From the NCBI GenBank assembly GCA_964426525.1, contig CAYRQL010000001.1:130294-194293 (forward strand): a stretch of DNA of 64,000 bases. Reading direction: 5' to 3'. Position 1 is the stretch's first letter, and every line of letters starts with the position of its first letter. The DNA comes from an uncultured Actinomycetota bacterium (lineage in GTDB: Bacteria > Actinomycetota > Aquicultoria > SKW223 > CALKMS01). The notes beneath the pieces are model-generated. The model ran no database searches. It had not been told where the DNA came from and saw only the letters and a list, made by a program, of their open reading frames with translations. Made by a program: the position numbers and the translations under genes. Positions 55,004 to 64,000 of the stretch are shown here, in pieces.

Positions 55004-55804
55004 CTAAATCCTTATTTCTAAAATTTTATCCAATCCATAAGTTAAACCTGGCCTTTTTACGACTGCCTCAATTGCCATTAATACTCCAGGCATAAATGAC
55101 TTTCGACTTAAAGTGTCATGCCTTATGGTTAAAGTTTGGTCCAAACCACCGAAAATTACTTCCTGATGTGCTAATAAGCCAGGTAGTCTTACTGAATGAA
55201 TTCGAACTTGCTTCACCTCTCCCCCACGGCAACCTGGAACAATTTCTTTTCCTTCTGGTATCTCTGGCTTCCTTTTTCGTGCCTGGTTAATTACTTCGGC
55301 TGTTAATAAAGCTGTTCCCGAAGGAGCATCGGCTTTCTTTTCATGATGAAGCTCAATAATTTCTACTTCCGGAAAGAACTGAGCGGCTGCTTTAGACAGC
55401 TTAATCATCAAAACTGCTCCTAAAGAAAAGTTGGGAGCTATAAAAACGTTTTTACCAGTTTTTTTACTTAGGTTTTCGATATCAGGTAATTTTTCTTCCT
55501 TTAATCCAGTAGTGCCAACTACAATGTGAGCACCATTATTTAGGGTTGTGACAATGTTTTCAAAAACCACTGAAGGATGGGTAAAATCAACAACTACTTC
55601 AGGGTGATTATTTTTAATTGCCTCAGCTAAGCTGCCCTCAATCGGTTTTCCGCAAGGTTCAATTCCTGCACTTTCAGTTAAATCAGTTCCCACATTCTTA
55701 ATGTCCACTCCTCCTACCAACTCAAAATCAGGATGAGTATAAACTGTTCTTATTAATTCTTTTCCCATATTGCCGGATGCGCCACAAACTAATACTTTTA
55801 TCAT
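55004..55804 (-). CDS. dapB: 4-hydroxy-tetrahydrodipicolinate reductase
   Basis: IKVLVCGASGNMGKEL Rossmann fold and the ELHHEKKADAPSGTA catalytic block. Confidence 0.85.
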   Translation of the reverse strand: MIKVLVCGASGNMGKELIRTVYTHPDFELVGGVDIKNVGTDLTESAGIEPCGKPIEGSLAEAIKNNHPEVVVDFTHPSVVFENIVTTLNNGAHIVVGTTGLKEEKLPDIENLSKKTGKNVFIAPNFSLGAVLMIKLSKAAAQFFPEVEIIELHHEKKADAPSGTALLTAEVINQARKRKPEIPEGKEIVPGCRGGEVKQVRIHSVRLPGLLAHQEVIFGGLDQTLTIRHDTLSRKSFMPGVLMAIEAVVKRPGLTYGLDKILEIRI

Positions 55805-55901
55805 CTGCTTTTCCTCATAATCATGATCTTTAAATTATAGGTTAGTTTAGTCAATTATCTCAACTACATTCAACTTTTTACAAAATTTATAAATTAAACT
55901 G

Positions 55902-55937
55902 GTTTACCAGATATTAATAGTTTACCAGATATTAATA
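55902..55937 (+). repeat. Tandem 18-bp duplication (GTTTACCAGATATTAATA x2) spanning the stop codon of the M16 peptidase gene
   Basis: Exact copies at 55902-55919 and 55920-55937. The copy inside the gene encodes the C-terminal ...DINIW followed by the stop. Confidence 0.8.
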
Positions 55938-57187
55938 TCTTCTTTTTTTCTTAATGGGCCAATTGTGGCAACGACTATCCGAGAAGGTTTAAATAATTTC
56001 TTGGCTAAGTTTTTAACTTTCTCAACCGAAACCTCATTTACCTTTTGAATGATCTGATTGAGAGAAAGAATTTTTTGTCTGGCCATAATTGTTCGTCCAA
56101 TTCGATTCATCCGGGCAGATGTGCTTTCCAGACTTAGCACTAACTGGCTTTTAATCTGGTTTTTAGCTTTTTCTAATTCTTCCTCAGTTGGGCCTTCATC
56201 ACCTAAGGAATATATTTGTTCTAATATTAAATCAATCACCTTTTGCAGGTTCTTTTTGTTTGTACCGGCATAAATTATCTGAGCACCGGTTTCATTAAAA
56301 AGAGAGCTGTAAGAAAAAATTGAATATGCCAATCCTCTCTTCTCTCTGATTTCCTGAAAAAGGCGAGAACTCATTCCTTTCCCTAAAATAGTATCGAAGA
56401 CAGCCAAAGTGAAGCGTTCAGGGTGGCGTGCATTAAAGGTTTCCACTCCGAGACAAAGATGGATTTGCTCAGTTTTTTTGTAACTAACAGCAACTTTAGG
56501 AAAAGTTTTAACTTTTAGAGGCCCACCCTTTATTTCACCGCTATCATTTTTAACCCAATGCGCTTGAAGTTTTTCAACGAGTTCCTGGTGTTTAAGACTA
56601 CCTGAAGCAGCTAAGACGATGCTAGCCGGGTTGTAATAACTTTCAAAATATTTTGCCAGTTCGTCTCGGCTTAAGTTTTTAATAGTTTCAGAATCTCCAA
56701 GGATACTATTACCTAATGGATGACCTTCGAAAAGATAATTTAAAAATAAGTCGTGAATTTTTTCGTCAGGAGTATCTTCGTACATCGCGATTTCTTCTAA
56801 AATTACTTTTCTCTCTGATTCAACATCTTCTGGCTTAAATAAAGGATTCTGAAGAATTTCCGTTAAAACCTCAAAACCTTTATCAAGGTGTTCGTCAAGC
56901 AAACGGAAGTAATAACAGGTGTACTCTTTTCCGGTAAAAGCATTTATTTCGCCACCCAAGTTATCAAAAATTGCAGAGATTTCTTGCGCGTTATAACGAG
57001 CCGAGCCTTTAAAAATTAAGTGTTCAATAAAGTGAGAAATTCCAGCTTGCTCAGGTTTTTCATAGCGGGAACCTGTTTTTATCCAGAATCCAAGTGAAAC
57101 CGAACGAAAACCGGGAACTTCTTCCGTGAAAACTTCAAGCCCGTTTGCGAGCCTGGTTTTTTGATATTGCTGATCAGGTAAGGTCAT
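55922..57187 (-). CDS. M16-family zinc peptidase (inverzincin motif HFIEH)
   Basis: HxxEH motif GISHFIEHLIFKGS, 421 aa. Sits downstream of pnp, as mlpA/ymxG does in Bacillus. Confidence 0.8.
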   Translation of the reverse strand: MTLPDQQYQKTRLANGLEVFTEEVPGFRSVSLGFWIKTGSRYEKPEQAGISHFIEHLIFKGSARYNAQEISAIFDNLGGEINAFTGKEYTCYYFRLLDEHLDKGFEVLTEILQNPLFKPEDVESERKVILEEIAMYEDTPDEKIHDLFLNYLFEGHPLGNSILGDSETIKNLSRDELAKYFESYYNPASIVLAASGSLKHQELVEKLQAHWVKNDSGEIKGGPLKVKTFPKVAVSYKKTEQIHLCLGVETFNARHPERFTLAVFDTILGKGMSSRLFQEIREKRGLAYSIFSYSSLFNETGAQIIYAGTNKKNLQKVIDLILEQIYSLGDEGPTEEELEKAKNQIKSQLVLSLESTSARMNRIGRTIMARQKILSLNQIIQKVNEVSVEKVKNLAKKLFKPSRIVVATIGPLRKKEDINIW

Positions 57188-59340
57188 CTTTTAGGCGGAA
57201 CCGAGCGGTGTTTAGCTTGGTCAAGATAAGTAACTGAAGCCAAGTTAACTCGGTTCATTGAGTCAATCTCAACAACTTCAACCAGTAATTTATCCCCTAC
57301 TTTAACGACATCTTTCGCAGTTTTAACCCTTTGCGGAGAAAGCTTTGAAACATGAACCAAACCTTCTTTTCCAGGCACTAACTCTACAAATGCACCAAAA
57401 TCAGCAACCCGAGTGACTGTTCCTAGAAATCTTTCACCAACTTTAATTTCTCTAGTAATGCTTTCAACAATCTCCCTAGCCTTTTCGGCGCTAATTTCAT
57501 CTTTAGAAGCAATAAAAACTGTACCATCTTGTTCAATGTCGATATTTACACCGGTTTCCTCAATAATGCCTTTAATCACACGACCACCAGGGCCAATCAA
57601 TTCACCAATTTTGTTTTGAGGAATACGAAGAGTATAAATTCTTGGAGCGTGCGGCGACAAAGATTGGCGTGGCTCGCTAATGGTTTCGTTCATTCTTTCG
57701 AGTATATAAAGTCGGGCCTCTTTCGCTCTGAATAAGGCATTTTTAAGTACTTCAGCCGAAATTCCAGTAATTTTTATGTCCATCTGTAAAGCAGTTACTC
57801 CATCAATAGTTCCGGCAACTTTAAAATCCATATCGCCCAAAGCGTCTTCGATTCCCAAAATATCAGTTAGAATTGCAACTTTTTCTCCTTCTTTTATTAG
57901 GCCCATAGCAATTCCTGCAACTGGTTTTTTAATCGGTATTCCCGCATCCATCAAAGCCAGAGTGCTGGCACAAACACTAGCCATTGAAGTTGAGCCATTG
58001 GACTCAAGGACTTCAGAGACCACTCGAATAGTATATGGAAATTCACTTTCCGGCGGTATAACTGGCAAAAGTGCTCTTTCAGCCAAAGCTCCGTGGCCAA
58101 TTTCTCTCCGCCTTGGACCTCTTAAGGGATAAGCTTCTCCAGTTGAAAAAGGAGGAAAATTATAATGATGAATGTATCTTTTAGACTCTTCAGCTTCAAG
58201 GCCATCAAGTATTTGCTCCTCCGAAGTCGTACCTAAAGTTGCTACCGATAAAACCTGAGTTTGACCCCGAGTGAAAAGTCCTGAACCATGAGTGCGAGGA
58301 AGCAGTCCAATTTCACAGCTGATTGGTCTAATCTCTTCTGGCCGGCGTCCGTCTGCCCGGAGGTTCTTTTCAATAACCAACTTCCTCATTTCGTGCTTTA
58401 ACAACTTATCGATCGCTTTTTTAGCTTGTTTTTCGACTTCTTCATCCTCAAGTTCCCACTCGACTTCTTTTGCTTGAGCCACTATGGATTCTTTCAAAGT
58501 TTTAATTTTTGTCTCTCGTTCGCTTTTTTCAAAAGTGTTTAGCACCTCTTCCAATTGGGGTGAGGCTAACTCGTTAACCCGTTTAACAATTTCAGGTTCA
58601 AGTTCGTCAATAATAAAAGGCTTCTTTGGTTTTCCAATTTTTGACTGAATTTCTTTCTGAAAATCAATTATTTTTTTAATAAAAGGTTCGGCTTGTTTGA
58701 AAGCTTCAAATATTATTTCTTCTTTTACTTCAGCCGCGCCAGCCTCAACCATAATCAAACCAATTTTAGTTTGTCCGTTTTCTGTGTATTCTCTCCCTGC
58801 TACAACCAGGTCAAGTGTCCCAAAATCGATTTCTTGATAAGTGGGGTTAATTATCCATTCATTATTAGCATAACCTACTCTAACAGCACCAATAGGACCT
58901 TCAAAAGGTATGTTGGAAACCGAAAGAGCAAGTGAAGCAGCATTAATAGCTAAAATATCGGGTGGATTAATCTGGTCAACTGAAAGAATTGAAGCAATTA
59001 TTTGCACATCATTTCTATAGCCTTCGGGAAAGCAAGGGCGAAGAGGGCGGTCAATAAGACGAGCAGTTAGAATTGCTTTTTCACTTGGTCGACCTTCACG
59101 ACGAAAAAAACCACCTGGTATTTTTCCTGCTGCATACATTTTTTCTTCAACATCAACTGTTAAAGGGAAAAAATCAACCCCTTCTCTTGGTTCATCAGAG
59201 GAAACAGCCGTCAATAAGACAACGGTTTCGCCACAGGTTACCACAAAAGCGCTGCTGGCTTGTTTGGCAATTTTACCAGTTTCAAAATAGATAGTTTTAC
59301 CACCTATTTCCAGTTCAGCCTGGAATACTTCGTCTGACAT
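57184..59340 (-). CDS. pnp: Polyribonucleotide nucleotidyltransferase (PNPase)
   Basis: 718 aa. Two RNase PH domains, KH (IGPGGRVIKGIIEETG), and an S1 C-terminus. Confidence 0.95.
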   Translation of the reverse strand: MSDEVFQAELEIGGKTIYFETGKIAKQASSAFVVTCGETVVLLTAVSSDEPREGVDFFPLTVDVEEKMYAAGKIPGGFFRREGRPSEKAILTARLIDRPLRPCFPEGYRNDVQIIASILSVDQINPPDILAINAASLALSVSNIPFEGPIGAVRVGYANNEWIINPTYQEIDFGTLDLVVAGREYTENGQTKIGLIMVEAGAAEVKEEIIFEAFKQAEPFIKKIIDFQKEIQSKIGKPKKPFIIDELEPEIVKRVNELASPQLEEVLNTFEKSERETKIKTLKESIVAQAKEVEWELEDEEVEKQAKKAIDKLLKHEMRKLVIEKNLRADGRRPEEIRPISCEIGLLPRTHGSGLFTRGQTQVLSVATLGTTSEEQILDGLEAEESKRYIHHYNFPPFSTGEAYPLRGPRRREIGHGALAERALLPVIPPESEFPYTIRVVSEVLESNGSTSMASVCASTLALMDAGIPIKKPVAGIAMGLIKEGEKVAILTDILGIEDALGDMDFKVAGTIDGVTALQMDIKITGISAEVLKNALFRAKEARLYILERMNETISEPRQSLSPHAPRIYTLRIPQNKIGELIGPGGRVIKGIIEETGVNIDIEQDGTVFIASKDEISAEKAREIVESITREIKVGERFLGTVTRVADFGAFVELVPGKEGLVHVSKLSPQRVKTAKDVVKVGDKLLVEVVEIDSMNRVNLASVTYLDQAKHRSVPPKR

Positions 59341-59970
59341 CTAGTCCTCCTTTAAAGTTTTATTCCTATGCCTTTTCATTAGCTCATTTTCCACTTCAAA
59401 AAAGTCAATTTCTTTTTTTCGGAGCAAAACAAGCAAGTGAAATAATAAGTCTGCTGTTTCCTCGATTATTCTCTGTCGGCTTTCATTTTTAGCCGCTTCT
59501 ACCACCTCTTTCGCTTCTTCTGTAACTTTTTCTGAGATATAGCTCAACCCTCTTTTAAAAAGCTCTGCAGTGTAAGAACTTTTAGGTTGGTCAATTTTTC
59601 TTTGTTTTATTACTTCTTCAAGTTTAAACAACCAGTGAGTCGAAGAACCTTCAGTGTTTTCTTTAGCATTACGAAAAAAACAACTGCGATTACCAGTATG
59701 GCAAGCCGGTCCTACCTGTTCAACCAGCACAAGCAAAGCATCGGCATCACAATCATATTTTATTTCTTTAACTATCTGAATATTCCCCGAAGTTTCTCCT
59801 TTACACCAAAGCTGCTGGCGGCTTCGGCTATAAAACCAGGTTCGGTTAGTCTCCATTGTTTTTTGAAATGATTCCTGATTCATGTAAGCCAGCATTAAAA
59901 CTTCGCCAGTCTTAAAATCTTGGACAATCGCGGGGATTAGACCTTTTTCATCAAATTTTAAATCACTCAT
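59341..59970 (-). CDS. hisI: Bifunctional phosphoribosyl-AMP cyclohydrolase / phosphoribosyl-ATP pyrophosphatase
   Basis: HisI N-terminus (LIPAIVQD...MLAYMN...WCKGETSGN...CHTG) plus a HisE-like C-terminus ([10 protein letters not shown]...[13 protein letters not shown]). Confidence 0.85.
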   Translation of the reverse strand: MSDLKFDEKGLIPAIVQDFKTGEVLMLAYMNQESFQKTMETNRTWFYSRSRQQLWCKGETSGNIQIVKEIKYDCDADALLVLVEQVGPACHTGNRSCFFRNAKENTEGSSTHWLFKLEEVIKQRKIDQPKSSYTAELFKRGLSYISEKVTEEAKEVVEAAKNESRQRIIEETADLLFHLLVLLRKKEIDFFEVENELMKRHRNKTLKED

Positions 59971-59999
59971 TCAAACATAATATTTTATCAAAAAATTTA

Positions 60000-60761
60000 T
60001 CATAAAACCAATCGCACCGGTACGCCTTTTTGTCTTAAATACTCCTTAACTTTGTTTATTCGCAAGGTTCCGTAGTGAAAAAGCGAGGCAGCCAAAGCGG
60101 CATCAGCACCAGCTTTCGTTAGAACTTCGTAAAAGTGAGTTAAATTACCAGCTCCGCCTGAAGCAATTACCGGAATGTTAACAGCTGAAGCAATAGCTTT
60201 TGTTAGTTCAAGGTCGTAACCAATTTGAGAACCATCTCGATCCATACTGGTAAGTAAAATTTCACCAGCACCAAGCTTTTCAACTTTTTTTGCCCACTCA
60301 ACTGCGTCGAGGCCAGTTGGGGTGCGCCCACCGTGTATGTAAACTTCCCAGCTACTACCTGCTCTTTTAGCATCAATGGCCACAACAATACATTGCGAGC
60401 CAAATTTTTTAGCCGATTCAGTTACGAGCTGAGGGTTTTTAACTGCGGCCGTATTAATGGAAACCTTATCGGCTCCTGCCCGCAAAATTTCTTTTATTTC
60501 TTCGATGTTCTTTATTCCCCCTCCGACGGTAAAAGGAATAAAAACTCGTTCAGCTGTTCTCCTAGCTATTTCAACCATTGTTTTTCTTTTTTCAGCCGAA
60601 GCAGTTATATCAAGAAAAACCAATTCATCAGCTCCCTCTTGATTATAAAAGTCAGCAAGCTCAACAGGGTCGCCAGCGTCTTTAAGATTAACGAATTGCA
60701 TCCCCTTAACTACTCTTCCTTTATCAACATCTAAACAAGGAATTATTCTTTTAGTCAACAC
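60000..60761 (-). CDS. hisF: Imidazole glycerol phosphate synthase cyclase subunit
   Basis: [16 protein letters not shown] start and the (beta/alpha)8 phosphate-binding blocks. Confidence 0.9.
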   Translation of the reverse strand: MLTKRIIPCLDVDKGRVVKGMQFVNLKDAGDPVELADFYNQEGADELVFLDITASAEKRKTMVEIARRTAERVFIPFTVGGGIKNIEEIKEILRAGADKVSINTAAVKNPQLVTESAKKFGSQCIVVAIDAKRAGSSWEVYIHGGRTPTGLDAVEWAKKVEKLGAGEILLTSMDRDGSQIGYDLELTKAIASAVNIPVIASGGAGNLTHFYEVLTKAGADAALAASLFHYGTLRINKVKEYLRQKGVPVRLVL

Positions 60762-61482
60762 GGTTGAACATCACCGCCTCATTTAGATTGATAGTTTTTT
60801 CGTAGATTGCTTTACCAATAATAATTCCTTCTACTCCCTTTTTTTCCAGTTCTGCTGCTCTTTTAAGGTCTTTCAGAGAAGAAACTCCACCAGAAATTAT
60901 TAACGGCAGATTTGTCATTGAAAGCAAATCCTCAACCAGTTTAAAATTGACACCTTGAAGCGTGCCGTCTTTTTCAACATCAGTTAATAAAAGATGGCCA
61001 GGCCCCAAAGCTTCAAGTTTTTCAACTAATTCACTTAAGTTTTGGGCAGTTTTCTTTTGCCAGCCCTCAATCGCAACTTTTCCTTCTTTTGTATCAACGG
61101 CTGCTACTACCCTCGCTGAACCGAATTTCATAATTATCTTTTTAGCAAGTTCAGGGTTAGCAATTAAAATAGTTCCTAAAATCACGCGTTGGGCGCCAAA
61201 TTCAAAAGCTTTCTCAACGCTTTCAATATTTCGCAGACCACCTCCAAACTGAATTACAAGATTGGTATTTTTAGCAATCTTCTTAAGAACAGAAAAATTT
61301 TTGGGCTCGCCAGTTCGAGCCCCATCGAGGTCAATCAGATGTAAATGAGAAAAGCCCAGAGACTCAAACATCAAAGCCGGCTCAAGAGGATCATCGTAAT
61401 AAACCTTAGGATTTTCCAGCTGTCCTTTAAAAAGTCGGACGCTTTTATTTCCTAATACATCTATGGCAGGAAAAACGATCAT
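60751..61482 (-). CDS. hisA: 1-(5-phosphoribosyl)-5-[(5-phosphoribosylamino)methylideneamino]imidazole-4-carboxamide isomerase
   Basis: [16 protein letters not shown] start and the HLIDLDGA block. Confidence 0.85.
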   Translation of the reverse strand: MIVFPAIDVLGNKSVRLFKGQLENPKVYYDDPLEPALMFESLGFSHLHLIDLDGARTGEPKNFSVLKKIAKNTNLVIQFGGGLRNIESVEKAFEFGAQRVILGTILIANPELAKKIIMKFGSARVVAAVDTKEGKVAIEGWQKKTAQNLSELVEKLEALGPGHLLLTDVEKDGTLQGVNFKLVEDLLSMTNLPLIISGGVSSLKDLKRAAELEKKGVEGIIIGKAIYEKTINLNEAVMFNRVD

Positions 61483-62093
61483 TAGCTTTCTTCAGCCCAA
61501 AGAGCAAAATTTTTTAAAATTTTTAACCCCGCACTAGAGCTTTTTTCAGGATGAAACTGCACTCCTAAAAGATTCTTTCGCCCGACTGCCGAAGGAAAAT
61601 CAATCCCGTAATCGGTTACTCCAATTATTTCTGACGAGTCTAAAGGTTGACAATAATAAGAATGGTCGAAATAAAAATATGAATGTTGAGGAATTTCTTC
61701 GAGAAAAGGATGTTTTTTTACTATTCTAAGTTCATTCCAACCAATGTGGGGAATTTTTACTCCTGGTGGCAACTTATGAACCTTTCCTTTTATAACTCCT
61801 AAACCTTCCACGCTTGCCTCTTCAACACTGCTTTCAAAAAGAATTTGCATACCCAAGCAAATGCCTAAATAGGGTCGGCCAGAAAAAATATAATCAATTA
61901 TTGCTCTATCTAATCCTCTTTCTTTAAGGTTTCTTAAACAATCCCCAAACGAACCAACTCCAGGTAAAACCACTCCTTTAGCTTCAACAATTTCTTCTGG
62001 TGAAGAACAAATTTTATTTGGTACTTCCAAATAATCGAAAGCTTTAACTACGCTTAAAAGATTGCTAGAACCGTAATCAACAACAAGAATCAA
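61482..62093 (-). CDS. hisH: Imidazole glycerol phosphate synthase glutaminase subunit
   Basis: Class I glutamine amidotransferase with the GICLGMQ catalytic Cys and the HPE block. Confidence 0.9.
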   Translation of the reverse strand: MILVVDYGSSNLLSVVKAFDYLEVPNKICSSPEEIVEAKGVVLPGVGSFGDCLRNLKERGLDRAIIDYIFSGRPYLGICLGMQILFESSVEEASVEGLGVIKGKVHKLPPGVKIPHIGWNELRIVKKHPFLEEIPQHSYFYFDHSYYCQPLDSSEIIGVTDYGIDFPSAVGRKNLLGVQFHPEKSSSAGLKILKNFALWAEES

Positions 62094-62671
62094 TCAATTA
62101 CCTCTTTGGTTGAAGGTAAATTTTTACGGTTTAGTGAAACTGCCATCTCAAGAGCTTTTGCCAGCCCCTTAAATACTGATTCTATAAGGTGATGGTCATT
62201 ACGTCCGTACAAAGTTTTGATATGAAGAGTCAGGCCTGAGTGATTGACAAACGCTTGAAAAAAATCTCGGAAAAGGTCGGTTTCAAACTGCCCAATCTTA
62301 TCTTGATTAAAGTTGACTTCAAAAACGAGAAAAGGCCGCCCACTGATGTCCAGTGCTATTTGAGCTAAGGCTTCGTCCATTGGAAGCAAGCAAAATCCGT
62401 AACGATTAATCCCTTCTTTATTTCCTAATGCTTGTTTTAACGCTTGACCTAGAACAATCCCAATGTCTTCAACTGTGTGGTGAGCATCTACTTCAAGGTC
62501 ACCTTTTGCGCTTAAGGTCAGGTCAAAATTAGCGTGGCGAGCTAAAAGCTCGAGCATATGATTTAGAAAAGGAAGTTCAGTTTCAATTGAAACTTCTCCT
62601 TTGCCATCGAGATTTAAGTCTGCCGTTATGTAAGTTTCTTTAGTCTTTCTTTCAACCTCTGCTTTTCGCAT
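62090..62671 (-). CDS. hisB: Imidazoleglycerol-phosphate dehydratase (monofunctional, no fused phosphatase domain)
   Basis: RKAEVERKTKET start, the LNHMLELLARH and DAHHTVEDIGI metal-binding blocks. 193 aa. Confidence 0.9.
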   Translation of the reverse strand: MRKAEVERKTKETYITADLNLDGKGEVSIETELPFLNHMLELLARHANFDLTLSAKGDLEVDAHHTVEDIGIVLGQALKQALGNKEGINRYGFCLLPMDEALAQIALDISGRPFLVFEVNFNQDKIGQFETDLFRDFFQAFVNHSGLTLHIKTLYGRNDHHLIESVFKGLAKALEMAVSLNRKNLPSTKEVID

Positions 62672-63657
62672 TACTTGCTTCCCTCTCTGAGAAGAAAATT
62701 TAAAGCAGCTTCAGTAGAATCAGCTACAAAATCAACTCCTTGCTTAAGAAAAGTGTTGGCTTCTTTAAGCGAGCTAACTACAATCCCACCAAAAACTTTC
62801 CTTTCTTTATAAATTTTACAATATCTTTTGACCATCAGCCAATCATCAAGAACATCTCCAATGTAAACAGCCGTTCTGAACCCTGATGTTTCCATTAGAT
62901 GATTCAATGGAGCAGGGTGAGGTTTGTTGGTTAGAAAGCCATCGTGAACAATCGCTTCTTTTTTGAAAAGTGATTGAAAAGAAGAAATTTTTAGAAAAAG
63001 CTCAGTTTCGCTTTTAGTTCTGCCAGTTATTAAAGCAAGCTTTGGATAAAATTTCTTTAAATCTTCTTTGCTGACAAGCATCTTTTCCTTATTTACTAAA
63101 CCCGGTTTTTTTACGAGTTCAGGTTTGAAGCCATAAAGGAACTCGCAATAATCACAGCCGCCGTACAACTCCTGAAAATATTTTTTTACCTTTTCGTATG
63201 GTATTAAAGAATAGAACTTACTGTATTCAGTTCGGTTTTGCTGTTCAAAAATTTTTTTAGCTCCTTTTAATCCGCCGTTTTGATTGGCAACCTTTATTAA
63301 AAAATTAACTAAAAAAGAGTTGAAATCAGCGATTTGCCCCAGGCGAACTACGGTTTGTTGATAAGAAATTAAACATAGTATAAGACTATAAGTTAACTCC
63401 CAATCATTATTAAAACCTGGAGTTAGCTTAAATTTTTTTATTACTGAAGGAGAAATTTTTCGAGCAAGACTTGGGTTGATATGCTGCCGGCAAAAATAAG
63501 AGGCTGTTTGAGCAATTGCTTTTCTAAATGAGCCTCGGACATCAACCAGGACACCATCGATATCAAGTATTAATCCTTCAAATCCCTGGAGACTTTTTAA
63601 AGAACTTGACCTGACTATAACATTGTTTAGTTTTAGGTAATCTGACTTAAAGCTCAT
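62671..63657 (-). CDS. HAD-superfamily hydrolase with a large cap insertion; candidate histidinol-phosphate phosphatase
   Basis: HAD motif I ILDIDGVLVDV, motif II LITGR, motif IV YIGDVLDD, and about 180 aa between motifs I and II. Sits inside the his operon between hisD and a monofunctional hisB. Confidence 0.55.
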   Translation of the reverse strand: MSFKSDYLKLNNVIVRSSSLKSLQGFEGLILDIDGVLVDVRGSFRKAIAQTASYFCRQHINPSLARKISPSVIKKFKLTPGFNNDWELTYSLILCLISYQQTVVRLGQIADFNSFLVNFLIKVANQNGGLKGAKKIFEQQNRTEYSKFYSLIPYEKVKKYFQELYGGCDYCEFLYGFKPELVKKPGLVNKEKMLVSKEDLKKFYPKLALITGRTKSETELFLKISSFQSLFKKEAIVHDGFLTNKPHPAPLNHLMETSGFRTAVYIGDVLDDWLMVKRYCKIYKERKVFGGIVVSSLKEANTFLKQGVDFVADSTEAALNFLLREGSK

Positions 63658-64000
63658 TATTTAACTCATCAAGTCTTACTTTGACTGCTTCAGCATGAGC
63701 TTCTAAACCTTCAAGTTGTGCAAACTCAACCATTTTAGGAGCCATTTTCAGAAAACCATCGTGGCTTAATTTAATTAATGAATGGCTGGTGAGAAAAGTT
63801 TGAACTGACAAGGGAGAAAAAAAGCGAGCCGTTTGAGAGGTTGGCAAAGTATGACTAGGACCAGCAAGGTAATCACCAGCAACAACCGTTGAATTTGCCC
63901 CAACGAATATTGCTCCACAAGCATAAATTTTATCAACAACCCCTTCTGGCGAAGCAACAATAACTTCTAAATGTTCAGGAGCAAAGAGATTAACAGCTCT
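63647..64000 (-). CDS. hisD: Histidinol dehydrogenase, C-terminal 117 aa only; the gene start lies beyond the window end
   Basis: Minus-strand translation reads ...AGDYLAGPSHTLPTSQTARFFSPLSVQTFL..., matching the conserved HisD GDYxAGPxHxLPT block. The reading frame is open to position 64000. Confidence 0.85.
   Translation of the reverse strand, partial: RAVNLFAPEHLEVIVASPEGVVDKIYACGAIFVGANSTVVAGDYLAGPSHTLPTSQTARFFSPLSVQTFLTSHSLIKLSHDGFLKMAPKMVEFAQLEGLEAHAEAVKVRLDELNNEL

Noticed and set aside
57413-58477. Several 60-118-aa plus-strand ORFs (57413-57619, 57529-57735, 57776-58132, 58292-58477) inside pnp
   Set aside because: All are antisense to the highly conserved PNPase gene. Their Ser/Ile-rich translations are typical of spurious antisense frames.
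1-64000. tRNA, rRNA, CRISPR arrays, IS elements
   Set aside because: No cloverleaf-compatible GC-rich 70-90-nt segments appear in intergenic regions. There are no repeat-spacer arrays; all repeats seen are two-copy tandem duplications. No transposase or integrase-like ORFs are present other than xerC.

Overview
This is a gene-dense, low-GC bacterial chromosomal window of about 70 protein-coding genes. I found no rRNA or tRNA genes, no CRISPR array, and no transposase or phage genes. Most genes are housekeeping. Their order matches Firmicutes/Clostridia-type synteny: trmFO-xerC; a hisC-aroF-tyrA-aroA aromatic cluster; cmk/plsC-ispH-der-plsY-gpsA; rimO-pgsA-cinA-thpR; recA-recX-rny-(X)-spoVS; miaB-miaA; dapF-dapL-hflX; nrdD-(redoxin)-nrdG-dut; and, on the minus strand, hisD-HAD-hisB-hisH-hisA-hisF-hisIE-pnp-M16 peptidase-dapB-dapA-rnj-uppP-ftsK-rodZ-pncB-dacA. 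Shine-Dalgarno sites are GGAGG-like, and many starts are TTG/GTG with 1-17 nt overlaps between adjacent genes, consistent with long operons.

The part I cannot explain is a roughly 3.9 kb block at 36496-40559, bounded by unusually long AT-rich spacers (460 bp and 174 bp). It encodes six uncharacterized proteins in two convergent operons. On the plus strand there is a Cys/His-rich soluble protein and a 4-TM membrane protein whose cytoplasmic domain is a GGDEF fold with a degenerate active site (RYENQF) and an intact, correctly spaced I-site (RTID). On the minus strand there is a small protein, then a metallo-beta-lactamase-fold protein with a degenerate His motif flanked by two paralogous (about 40% identical) proteins that share an MG[VI]YFEYDF...CxLC N-terminus and an E/K-rich coiled-coil tail. 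I propose this as a candidate undescribed c-di-GMP-sensing or effector module, possibly an acquired island.

Other items worth a second look: an orphan GHKL ATPase in the rny/spoVS locus; a Cmk-PlsC fusion; an NrdR operator pair and an overlapping redoxin gene in the nrdD operon; a FHA-MerR-Mut7-C operon; a K+ channel with a TVGFRE filter; a large-cap HAD hydrolase in the his operon; and several two-copy tandem microduplications, two of which span stop codons.
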